From sequence record AJ748296.1: 33,641 bases of DNA. One strand, written 5' to 3'. The stretch's first letter is position 1. Every line of letters begins with the position of its first letter. Shown piece by piece: positions 1 to 8,191 of this stretch. The notes under the pieces were generated by a model. The model worked only from the letters and a program-made list of their open reading frames with translations. It was not told the DNA's origin and did not search any database. The translations under genes were made by a program, and so were the position numbers.

Positions 1-118
1 TTGTAGAGCAGTAAGAAGGTAATAGGAGTTTTTTTCATTTTTTGCGTAAATTTCGCAACTAATGAGATAAATTGGAAATTCCAATTTTTTTCGTTTTTTT
101 CGTTTTTTTCGCACCAAA

Positions 119-520
119 GTTAATAAATTGAAAATTCCTAAATTCCTAAATTCCAATTATTCTGTCATTTTGCGTAATTTTCGAAATAAAGTTAATAAAT
201 TGGAAGTTCCTAAATTCCAATTAATTCTACACCTTGTAAAATTATTCCAACAAATTAATAAAATTGGAAATTCCTAAGTTCCTAAATTCCAATAAATTCT
301 ACATCTTGGAAATTTATTACAAAAAGTTAATAAAATTGTAAATTCCAAAATTCCAATTAATTGTACATCTTGGAAAATTATTCCAATTAGTTATGTAAAT
401 TGGAAATTACAAAATTCCAAATATTCTATCATTTGTTGAAATTTATAATATAAAATTGCTTAATTGTAAATTCCTAAATTCCAAATAATTATACATTTCC
501 AGATATATATAAATTAGGAA
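119..520 (+). repeat. About six imperfect ~65-bp tandem repeats built on AAATTCC/AATTGGAAATTCC motifs within the ITR
   Basis: Units start near 119, 191, 256, 326, 391 and 455, each resembling TTAATAAATTGGAAATTCCTAAATTCCAATT..TTCTACA; mirrored in the right ITR. Confidence 0.85.
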
Positions 521-550
521 CTATTAAATTATTAATTAATAATTAGGAGG

Positions 551-708
551 AACCAAAACTTTTCCGTCAAAAAATTATAAATATACTAAACATATTCATA
601 TATTATAATATATTATATAATTTCCAAGTTTCTAATTTGCAAATATATAATTAATGCAAACCAAAACTTTTACGGCGGAAAATTATTAAATTACTAAACA
701 TATTCAGA
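551..708 (+). repeat. ~50-bp imperfect direct repeat in the ITR
   Basis: aaccaaaacttttccgtcaaaaaattataaatatactaaacatattca (~551-598) vs aaccaaaacttttacggcggaaaattattaaattactaaacatattca (~659-706). Confidence 0.75.
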
Positions 709-1252
709 AATTTCACTACAGTTTTTTGCGTTTGCAATGGAGGAAATTGGAAGTTTAGAAAGAAAAGTTTAAATACTACCAGAAGACATTTAATTATAGT
801 AGTGAGGACTATCCTTCTTTTTTTTATTATTTTTTTTATTTTATTAATATTATTACAGTCGTAATATTTTGTTATTTATATATTTCTATATTATGCTAAT
901 TAGCTAATTATCATATTATATATATTAGCTAACTAGCTAGATAGTAATTATTAATTATATAATTATTTTCAGACTCAAAATAGATTGTTTTAGACTTTTT
1001 TACCGCTCCAATTGGAAGTTACAATTTTAGGTTGAGAAATGAAATAATAATTGTAAGCTGTTAAAAATCTGTTTGATTTGTTTCAGCCTAGGAATAAAAA
1101 GTGGCCTCTTTAAAATATTTGGAGTGGAAAAAATTGTTTTTTTCACTTTTGTAAAAAAAAGTGGCCTTTTTTAAAAAATTGGATGTGTAAAAATTGGAAT
1201 CTTCAATCTGATTCTTAAAAATTGAAAGTCGAAAAATGAAAGCGTAAAAGTT

Positions 1253-1270
1253 GAGAGAAAACTTTATATA
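1253..1270 (+). promoter_or_regulatory. Archaeal BRE+TATA early-type promoter of the left HTH gene
   Basis: GAGAGAAAACTTTATATA 35 nt upstream of the ATG at 1306; the same core recurs upstream of other accessory genes. Confidence 0.7.
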
Positions 1271-1305
1271 CTAGTTTATGCATATATAAGATTGGTGAAT
1301 GAGAA

Positions 1306-1473
1306 ATGAAAAAGGAAATACAAGTTCAAGGCGTAAGATATTATGTAGAGTCAGAAGATGACTTAGTTAGCGTGGCTCACGAGTTGGCTAAGATGGGTTA
1401 CACAGTTCAACAGATAGCAAACGCTTTAGGCGTTTCAGAGAGAAAGGTACGCAGATATTTGGAGAGTTGTTAA
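1306..1473 (+). CDS. 55-aa helix-turn-helix protein (SIRV1 ORF55 / SIRV2 ORF83 family); not in the ORF track
   Basis: Manual translation MKKEIQVQGVRYYVESEDDLVSVAHELAKMGYTVQQIANALGVSERKVRRYLESC*; HTH signature TVQQIANALGVSERKVRRYL; GGTGA RBS upstream. Confidence 0.92.
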   Translation: MKKEIQVQGVRYYVESEDDLVSVAHELAKMGYTVQQIANALGVSERKVRRYLESC

Positions 1474-1563
1474 GCTATTTATTTTTGTTTTTTTCTGCTT
1501 AAGTTCTAATTCTTATTTTTCTTAATTTTAATTTTCCTTAAATTAACTAAGACTATCAACTAT

Positions 1564-1602
1564 TTTTTTCAAGTTTGTGATATTAATTCTAAGGGTTGAA
1601 AA
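1564..1602 (+). repeat. Conserved intergenic element TTTTTTCAA-N23-TTGAAAA, copy 1
   Basis: ttttttcaa gtttgtgatattaattctaaggg ttgaaaa; near-identical copies at 27679, 30358 and 32002 in the opposite orientation. Confidence 0.85.
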
Positions 1603-1697
1603 TATGAAGAGATAAAAAGTTAGAGAGATAGAAAGATAAAAGTTTAGAGAAAGATTTAAATAGAGAGTAATACGAAATAAAAATTGAGGCGAAAAAT

Positions 1698-1970
1698 ATG
1701 CAAGTAGAAGAAATGCAAGAAAAAGTAATTAATTTAGCTCAAAAGTATACAAATCAAAAAAGATTTTTTAGATTGATAAGAAAAAGCAATATTGCCGAAA
1801 AAATTATTAAAGAAATAAGTGAGTTTTACGGAATACGTGAAGATAATATCGAATTATTCGATAATGAAATCGAATTTATGTTTAAGAAAGAATCAGTGAA
1901 GTTAATATTGAAAAAACAAGGCAATAAATTAAAAATAGAAAATATTGAAATGACAAAATCGATTAGTTAA
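1698..1970 (+). CDS. Hypothetical 90-aa accessory protein (SIRV1 ORF90-like)
   Basis: Clean ORF with GAGG RBS, preceded by AGAGAAAGATTTAAATA promoter-like sequence (1646-1662). Confidence 0.8.
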   Translation: MQVEEMQEKVINLAQKYTNQKRFFRLIRKSNIAEKIIKEISEFYGIREDNIELFDNEIEFMFKKESVKLILKKQGNKLKIENIEMTKSIS

Positions 1971-2117
1971 ATTTCATAATTTTTTTCTTTTTCTAAATTT
2001 AGTCCAATTTATGCCGAATTTTTTTCATTTTCCAAATATTATTCCAAGAGGTTGAAAATATTGAGAGATGAAAATATAAAATTGTCATAGTTTTATCGAA
2101 AATATAGTGAGAAAAAA

Positions 2118-2426
2118 ATGGAATTTGAAGATTTAGATGTAGTTCTATATGTATTTTTTGAAAATCCAGAAATGAAAAGTTTTGAATTTGAATTTAAACA
2201 ATTATTTGAAACTACTGAGAGCGGTTTAAGATATCTGATAGGAGTTCCAGATTCAAGAAATAAAATCAAAAATAATAATGAAATTATTGAAGAATTTATA
2301 TATTATCAAAATGATGATATTGTTACTAAGTTGATATTTTATTATACTAAAGGCACGAATAGAATTTATATAAGAAAAATTTACGGCTGGAAAGAGAAAA
2401 GATTAGAGTCTGAAGATGAAGAATAA
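2118..2426 (+). CDS. AcrID1-family paralogue, 102 aa
   Basis: MEFEDLD..L..FFENPEMKSFEFEF start and EFIYY..KLIFYY....IYI..I..W end match the AcrID1-like pattern at 31642; acidic. Confidence 0.65.
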   Translation: MEFEDLDVVLYVFFENPEMKSFEFEFKQLFETTESGLRYLIGVPDSRNKIKNNNEIIEEFIYYQNDDIVTKLIFYYTKGTNRIYIRKIYGWKEKRLESEDEE

Positions 2427-2476
2427 TTAATCAAAAATTTATAAAAATGTCATATATTGAAAAATTAGGTGACAAT

Positions 2477-2677
2477 ATGGTAAAAAGATTAAAAATTCTG
2501 ATAGATAATGAGTTCAGTAATCTTATAATTGAATTTAAGAGAAATGTTAAAAAAAGTTTTGAAGGTGAAGCTTTTGTTACTATTGGAATTGATGAAAACG
2601 ATAAGATATCTTATATCTCAATAGAACCGTTAGATAAAGATCTAAAAGAAGGAATAAAGAGAATTAAAGTTCTTTAA
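2477..2677 (+). CDS. Small protein (66 aa from ATG 2477), DUF2283-like pattern
   Basis: GGTGA RBS before 2477; the track start at 2447 overlaps a TGTCATA promoter box. KILID..NLIIEF and VTIGIDENDKISYISIE resemble DUF2283 (recall). Confidence 0.65.
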   Translation: MVKRLKILIDNEFSNLIIEFKRNVKKSFEGEAFVTIGIDENDKISYISIEPLDKDLKEGIKRIKVL

Positions 2678-2726
2678 TATTTGACAATTTTTTAAAATCA
2701 ATATTTAAAAATGTCATGTTTTTATA

Positions 2727-3044
2727 ATGAATTATATGATTTTCAATTCATTAATTGTTCAAAAATATATTTTAAATAATGCAAAAGCAGTTGCTACAAT
2801 TAGGAAAAAAGGTTATTATAAATTATATCAAAAAATTATTTTGAAAGTTGGAGATAAAAGATTTTATGGAAAAGTTATCGCAAAAGCTCCAGTTACTGAA
2901 TATTGTCTTTCAAAATATGTGAAATTTAGCGGATTTGAAAATGTTGAGAATTGGTTAAATGAAGCTAAAAGACTTCATAATGATAAAATAGATTTTGAGA
3001 GATATGAAATTATTGTAATTTGGATAAATGATTCATTCTTCTAA
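2727..3044 (+). CDS. ASCH/PUA-like domain protein, 105 aa
   Basis: KAVATIRKKG, VGDK and KFSGFENVENWLNEAKRLH match the ASCH pattern K.ATiR...GD...eGF.s.eef. Confidence 0.65.
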   Translation: MNYMIFNSLIVQKYILNNAKAVATIRKKGYYKLYQKIILKVGDKRFYGKVIAKAPVTEYCLSKYVKFSGFENVENWLNEAKRLHNDKIDFERYEIIVIWINDSFF

Positions 3045-3953
3045 TTCTATACTATTTTTCTTTTTATTTTGTTGTTTCTCTTTCTTTAACTCATTTGCAA
3101 TTTTATAGTTCTGAATTATTTCAGTTACTAAACTATCAAGTCTCATTTTCCTTAATTTTTCTGCATATATCGTATATTTATTTTTTATATTCCAATTATT
3201 ATATTTTAAAATCCAGGCATTCATAGTTTTTAAAATTTTTACATTTGAGAAATCATATTCAAATGGAAAATTTGTTTTATCTAAGAATTCGAAAAGTTTC
3301 TCTTCTTCTTCTTTTGTTAAAGTTCTTTCTTTTCTATCTCCTACATATCTTCTAGTTCCATCAAACCAAAAAATTTCACGATAGCTTGCTGTTTTTGTAT
3401 AAGTTGTAGTATCCATAGAGTTAGCCGTATCAAAAATTTGAAGAAAATATGGAGCAGACATACCTAGAACATGTAGTCTTTTTACATATTTTCTAATATA
3501 ATAATACCACGGAAATGTATAAATTAAAATTTTTAATTTACTAGATGCAATTATTCCGCCAAATGCAATATAATCAGTATATTGGCTATAAAAATCTATA
3601 GCTTCATCTACTTCTCTAGTTGGATAAAGATGTATAACTGGGATAATTCTTTCTATATATTCCATTTTCGTATATAGATATTCGAAATATTCAAAATTCT
3701 TTCTATCAAGAGGAGAAAAAATAGATGGAATATCAAGAGAAAAAAATGCATAAGCATTATACGTTTTGTATTTTTCTAATACATCTTTTACTGAAATTTT
3801 TAAATTGTATAACGCAATTTGATAGCCACCGCTATCGACCCAAGTTTCATTTTTCCAGGTTATCTTTTTGTTTCGTAATTGATTGATCAAAATTGGAAAA
3901 TTTATTTTAATTAATAAATCTTGTGATGAGACAATTCCAAATACTATTTTCAT
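3033..3953 (-). CDS. TGT/DpdA-like guanine transglycosylase (SIRV1 ORF306)
   Basis: Motifs WVDSGGYQ, SLDIP, IPVIH, AFGG, HVLG, MDTTT of the TGT TIM barrel; no CxCxxC zinc site. Confidence 0.85.
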   Translation of the reverse strand: MKIVFGIVSSQDLLIKINFPILINQLRNKKITWKNETWVDSGGYQIALYNLKISVKDVLEKYKTYNAYAFFSLDIPSIFSPLDRKNFEYFEYLYTKMEYIERIIPVIHLYPTREVDEAIDFYSQYTDYIAFGGIIASSKLKILIYTFPWYYYIRKYVKRLHVLGMSAPYFLQIFDTANSMDTTTYTKTASYREIFWFDGTRRYVGDRKERTLTKEEEEKLFEFLDKTNFPFEYDFSNVKILKTMNAWILKYNNWNIKNKYTIYAEKLRKMRLDSLVTEIIQNYKIANELKKEKQQNKKKNSIELEE

Positions 3954-3961
3954 ATAGCTTT

Positions 3962-5161
3962 CTATTTTGGTATGACATTTATTTTACTTTTTCTTAATAA
4001 GTATACTATAGCTCCTATTATTGGTAATATCATAATTCTTAATATTGTATATTCTATATTTCCGGCAATTACAAATTTATAGAATATTGGATTTTGATAT
4101 CCTAGATAAAAGAATAGGAATATCTGAATTGCTAAAGATGTTAGAACTATAGAAAATAATTTTTTATCATTCATAAGTTTCAAATATGCAAATGCTACAA
4201 TTATGAAGTTCCAAAATATGAATAATAATCCGTCTAGTCCGAAAGATATGTTAAATCCTAGCAAGTTTTCTAGAACATTTGCTATTGTTTCTGTTGAGAA
4301 AATTAGCAATAAAACATTTGGATTTATTTTGCTAAATTTTTCTGGTAATACTTTATCAAAACTCATAGTTTGAATTAATCTACTTTGGATTTTATTTGCA
4401 ATTGGCATGTAACTAAAGAACCAAATTGGCATTAGTGCAAACAATATGTTTAAATTTGAATAGCTATCTAGAATTGATAATATTGCTACGACACCATAAC
4501 TTACAAAATATCCTATCATACTTGATTTTTTAATATTTTTAATTTCTCCAGCTATATAACTAATTGCATTTATGAAAATGAAAGCAGATAAATCAAATAG
4601 TAAAGCAGATAATAAAGTATTAGAAATTGTGAAAGTCTGATATTGATAATTGAAAGATTTAAAAGCTATAAATATTGCAATTATTATTTGGAATATTGCT
4701 AATATGTCTACAATTTTTGCATATATTCTCTTACTTGCTATAATTAGTAAAACAAGAGGAAATAGAGATTCGACAATTAGAAATTGTTCAAATTGATTTT
4801 GAATATTAAAGTTTAAGAGTACAAGATCTCCTAAGATTGGCTGAGATAGTACATATGTTAGCCATAATGAAATTCCAAAAATTGTGTAAAATTTTGAAGA
4901 AAATGCAGTTCTAATATAGGCGTAATCACCGCCATTTAATGGAAATTTTGTTGTTAGTTTATAGTACATTAAAAGAAGTGGAATTTCAAATACTGCTCCA
5001 ATTACAATTGCAAAAAGTAGATTTACATTTTTCATTAGACTTGAAACAAATAACGGATAACTTATTCCGCTTAAAATTCCCATATAGAGAAGATTTATTG
5101 AAAAAATATCTAAAACATTAAATGATTTAATTATTCCAGAACTTTTTCTTTCTAATTCCAT
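3962..5161 (-). CDS. APC-superfamily amino-acid permease-like membrane protein (ORF399)
   Basis: About 11-12 hydrophobic segments; N-terminal RKSSG..KSF..LD.F..NL..MG..SG..YP and P.NGGDY.YI motifs of archaeal APC permeases. Confidence 0.8.
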   Translation of the reverse strand: MELERKSSGIIKSFNVLDIFSINLLYMGILSGISYPLFVSSLMKNVNLLFAIVIGAVFEIPLLLMYYKLTTKFPLNGGDYAYIRTAFSSKFYTIFGISLWLTYVLSQPILGDLVLLNFNIQNQFEQFLIVESLFPLVLLIIASKRIYAKIVDILAIFQIIIAIFIAFKSFNYQYQTFTISNTLLSALLFDLSAFIFINAISYIAGEIKNIKKSSMIGYFVSYGVVAILSILDSYSNLNILFALMPIWFFSYMPIANKIQSRLIQTMSFDKVLPEKFSKINPNVLLLIFSTETIANVLENLLGFNISFGLDGLLFIFWNFIIVAFAYLKLMNDKKLFSIVLTSLAIQIFLFFYLGYQNPIFYKFVIAGNIEYTILRIMILPIIGAIVYLLRKSKINVIPK

Positions 5162-5204
5162 AAGCTAGCTAAATTGCTAAGACATAAATAAAGTCACACA
5201 ACTA

Positions 5205-5222
5205 ATACATAATATAATGTAT
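5205..5222. promoter_or_regulatory. Palindromic box ATACAT-N6-ATGTAT upstream of ORF399
   Basis: atacat aatata atgtat; recurs at 10774 and 20512, with one-mismatch copies at 11498, 14097 and 24821. Confidence 0.6.
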
Positions 5223-5397
5223 ATAGTGTGTTCTTTTTATAAGTAAAACTTGATTAAATTCTTATTTATGACAACAAAATTTTTTTATAAAAATCTCATA
5301 GCAAGTAAATCAAACCATATACATAATATATATTATATAGTATATTGGTTTAAGAATTAGTTGAGAAAAAAAAGAAAATATCTTTAATTAAATTTTT

Positions 5398-5568
5398 TTA
5401 ACCGTTTCTCTTTTGCAAATACTCCTTTATAGCCTCTTCAATTGCCTGAGTTAGCTGGAGATTATTTTTTGCACAATAAACTTTTAGTCTAGTCTTTAAA
5501 TCTTTATCCATATATATACCAAATACTGCTTTTTGTTTCTTTTTTTGACTCTGTTCTTGAGTTTGCAT
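5398..5568 (-). CDS. svtR: SvtR ribbon-helix-helix transcriptional repressor, 56 aa; not in the ORF track
   Basis: Manual translation MQTQEQSQKKKQKAVFGIYMDKDLKTRLKVYCAKNNLQLTQAIEEAIKEYLQKRNG*; RHH pattern, GAGG RBS, and canonical position next to rep. Confidence 0.92.
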   Translation of the reverse strand: MQTQEQSQKKKQKAVFGIYMDKDLKTRLKVYCAKNNLQLTQAIEEAIKEYLQKRNG

Positions 5569-5592
5569 TTTTCCTCATTTTAAGATTTTGAA

Positions 5593-5952
5593 TTATGACA
5601 TTTTTATATCTTTTTTTGTCTTTAGCATATACTTATATACATTTTTTATATCGCTAATAGACTTTGGAACTAATTCAATTCTAATGTCAGAATGTGAAGG
5701 CATATGTTTGTGAACTCTAGAATAATCTAATTTTTTATTCGTGAAAACTAAAATATGATAATGTAGACCATTTGAATTTTTTGTAGTTTCTTTTATAGAA
5801 AATACATGTGAATTTTTATCATGATTATAAATATAACTACGAAATTTTCTAAATATTTTTTCAGTATCTCCATACTTATAATTAGTTGTAATAGTAATGA
5901 AATAAGTGTAAATATAAGAAAAATGAAAATTTAAAACTTTTTTCAAATCCAC
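5593..5952 (-). CDS. rep: HUH-superfamily replication initiator Rep (ORF119)
   Basis: Motif I (FITITT), motif II (LHYHILV) and motif III (YKYMLK); GTG start. Confidence 0.92.
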   Translation of the reverse strand: MDLKKVLNFHFSYIYTYFITITTNYKYGDTEKIFRKFRSYIYNHDKNSHVFSIKETTKNSNGLHYHILVFTNKKLDYSRVHKHMPSHSDIRIELVPKSISDIKNVYKYMLKTKKDIKMS

Positions 5953-6083
5953 GATATTACGTGTGAAAATGACGTTTAAAAACTTATGTTGTTGGAAAAA
6001 CGAAAGGTTTAAAAATGCTTAATCAAAAATTTTTATAAACGAGGTGACTAGAGATTCAGAGTAGAAAATATATATGCTTAAGA

Positions 6084-6320
6084 GTGCCAAGTCAGTTAAA
6101 AGAAAAATTCTATGAAAAAAGAGATGAAATAAAGAGAGAATTAGATCAGATTTTAGAAGGTAAAAGAAAGTTAGAAATTAAAGAAATTAGTGATTTATAT
6201 GATGAACAAGTTTTTTTTACTGTAGATATGCTATATTATGAAAAACTTCAAGAACTAGCAAAAAAATACAAAAAATCGTTATCAAAAATAATAAGATCTG
6301 TATTCTTTAATCTAAGTTAA
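6084..6320 (+). CDS. 78-aa protein with C-terminal RHH-like domain
   Basis: QVFFTVDMLYYEKLQELAKKYKKSLSKIIRSVF is a strand-helix-helix RHH pattern; GTG start. Confidence 0.65.
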   Translation: MPSQLKEKFYEKRDEIKRELDQILEGKRKLEIKEISDLYDEQVFFTVDMLYYEKLQELAKKYKKSLSKIIRSVFFNLS

Positions 6321-6447
6321 ATCCTTTTTTTCTTTTTCTTTTTTATCTCTCATATTATGTATTGGAAATTCTATATTTCTCTTCATATTACGAAATTAAA
6401 AAGATATAAAAATGTCATAATTAAAAGATATTTTTAGGGGAAGAAAC

Positions 6448-6843
6448 ATGGCATCCCTTAAAGAAATAATAGATGAGTTAGGAAAACAAGCTAAAGAACA
6501 AAACAAAATAGCTTCTAGAATTCTAAAGATAAAAGGAATAAAAAGAATAGTAGTACAGTTGAATGCAGTACCACAGGATGGAAAGATAAGGTATTCGCTA
6601 ACAATACACAGTCAAAACAACTTCAGGAAACAAATTGGAATAACGCCACAAGATGCAGAAGATTTAAAGTTAATTGCCGAATTTCTAGAGAAATATAGCG
6701 ATTTCCTAAATGAATATGTAAAGTTTACTCCTAGAAATAATAACGCAATACAAGAAGAAGAAATAGATATGGAACAACAAGAAGAAAAAGAAGAGAAACC
6801 AAGAGAAAAAGGCAAAAAGAAATCAGTTGAAGAGGAGTTTTAA
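6448..6843 (+). CDS. ssDNA-binding protein (SIRV ORF131, gp17 family)
   Basis: Conserved position before the ATPase and nuclease; acidic disordered C-terminal tail ending SVEEEF; GGGGA RBS. Confidence 0.85.
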   Translation: MASLKEIIDELGKQAKEQNKIASRILKIKGIKRIVVQLNAVPQDGKIRYSLTIHSQNNFRKQIGITPQDAEDLKLIAEFLEKYSDFLNEYVKFTPRNNNAIQEEEIDMEQQEEKEEKPREKGKKKSVEEEF

Positions 6844-6868
6844 AACGTCATAGCCTAATTTTTTTTTC

Positions 6869-8191
6869 ATGAGTGGAAACCAGCAAACGAACTCTCAATT
6901 GTTTGAAAAGTTAAAAAGTCATTCTTTTTTTTATAATCCAAGAGATAATGAAAGAATTTTAAGTCTAATTCTTGGAGAAAAACAAGTTGAAGAAAATAAG
7001 AAAATTGAGATTTTAAAAGCTTATAAAAGAGGAATAGATTCACAATATTTTAGTGCTAATTTGCCATATTATAACGAAATAAAATTTATTTCTAAGATAA
7101 CTGGATTTAAGGTAAAAGATGATCTAGTTATTGCAAAATTTCAAAATGGATTTACTGGTGATTTTGATCCTCATGAAATTGCAGATAATCCAGATGATTT
7201 TTACAACCTAATTTCTTCATATATGTTTGTAAAAATTAAAAAAGGATCAGAAAATTGGTTTATTGATGAAATATTTTCTATTGAACCTCCTAATAATTTT
7301 GAAATTGCAAAAGAAATTCTAGAAGAAGCTGATAAAGAACATTTAACTTATGCCGTTTTACTTCAAGCTTTTGGCTATGATTCGCAAAAAATGGATTCAG
7401 ATGATATTTTTCTAACTTTACCGCGATTATTTCCATTATTTAAATCTCCAATTACTAAGAGACAAATTAATACTATTGAAATTTCAAACCGCGGAACTGG
7501 AAAAACTACAACATTTATGATTTTACAAGAAGTTTTCAATTTCAGATATTACACTGAACCGCCGACTTATGCAAATTTAATATATGATGCTAGAAATAAT
7601 ATGTATGGTTCAGTATTTTTATCGAATGGATTAATTTTTGACGAAATACAAACTTGGAAAGATGGATATGCAGTTAAAGAACTAAATTCTATAAATTCCA
7701 CTCTTTCAACTGGAATTGAAAATTGTATATGGACTAGAGGCGCCGGTACAGAAAGTAAATCTGCTACAATTCAAAAATGTATTCCAATAATTTATGCTGG
7801 AAATCCATTTTCACTAACTCTAGATAAATATCAAACTCCAGATATAGAATCATATTTACAACAATATGAAATTTTTACGCCTGCAATTCTAGATAGAATT
7901 CATATTATTCAATTAGCAATTAAGAAAACTTATGATAAAATAATAAATGCTAGAGTTCTATATCCTTCAATTCTAAGAGCATTAGTAGAATTAATTCAAG
8001 AAAAAATTAACAGAACTACAAATTATGCAGATTGTGGGAATTTGGAAAGTAGGAGAAAAGAACAATCTATAGATATTCAAATAGTTCTACAAGCACTTGA
8101 TATAGATCTGCAAATTGGAAAAGTTTCAAATGAAGAAGTATGTAATAAAATTGTGAATTTAATGAGATTTAGTAATTTAGGAGGATGGTAA
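6869..8191 (+). CDS. AAA+ ATPase, BrxL/Lon_2-like (ORF440, gp18 family; ssDNA annealing)
   Basis: Walker [10 protein letters not shown], Walker B LIFDE, sensor YAGN, arginine finger ILDRIH. Confidence 0.88.
   Translation: MSGNQQTNSQLFEKLKSHSFFYNPRDNERILSLILGEKQVEENKKIEILKAYKRGIDSQYFSANLPYYNEIKFISKITGFKVKDDLVIAKFQNGFTGDFDPHEIADNPDDFYNLISSYMFVKIKKGSENWFIDEIFSIEPPNNFEIAKEILEEADKEHLTYAVLLQAFGYDSQKMDSDDIFLTLPRLFPLFKSPITKRQINTIEISNRGTGKTTTFMILQEVFNFRYYTEPPTYANLIYDARNNMYGSVFLSNGLIFDEIQTWKDGYAVKELNSINSTLSTGIENCIWTRGAGTESKSATIQKCIPIIYAGNPFSLTLDKYQTPDIESYLQQYEIFTPAILDRIHIIQLAIKKTYDKIINARVLYPSILRALVELIQEKINRTTNYADCGNLESRRKEQSIDIQIVLQALDIDLQIGKVSNEEVCNKIVNLMRFSNLGGW

Larger units (their letters stand above)
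1..1183. repeat. Left inverted terminal repeat (ITR)
   Basis: Reverse complement of 32459..33641 at every point compared (position i pairs with 33642-i); first mismatch at 1184 vs 32458. Typical of rudivirus linear genomes. Confidence 0.97.

Noticed and set aside
119-520. CRISPR array or mini-array in the ITR repeats
   Set aside because: The units are degenerate tandem repeats with no constant repeat and unique-spacer alternation.
4939-5121. 60-aa plus-strand ORF
   Set aside because: Antisense shadow inside the transporter gene; no start signals.
6612-6815. 67-aa minus-strand ORF
   Set aside because: Antisense to ORF131; the Ser/Phe-rich sequence mirrors its Glu/Lys codons.
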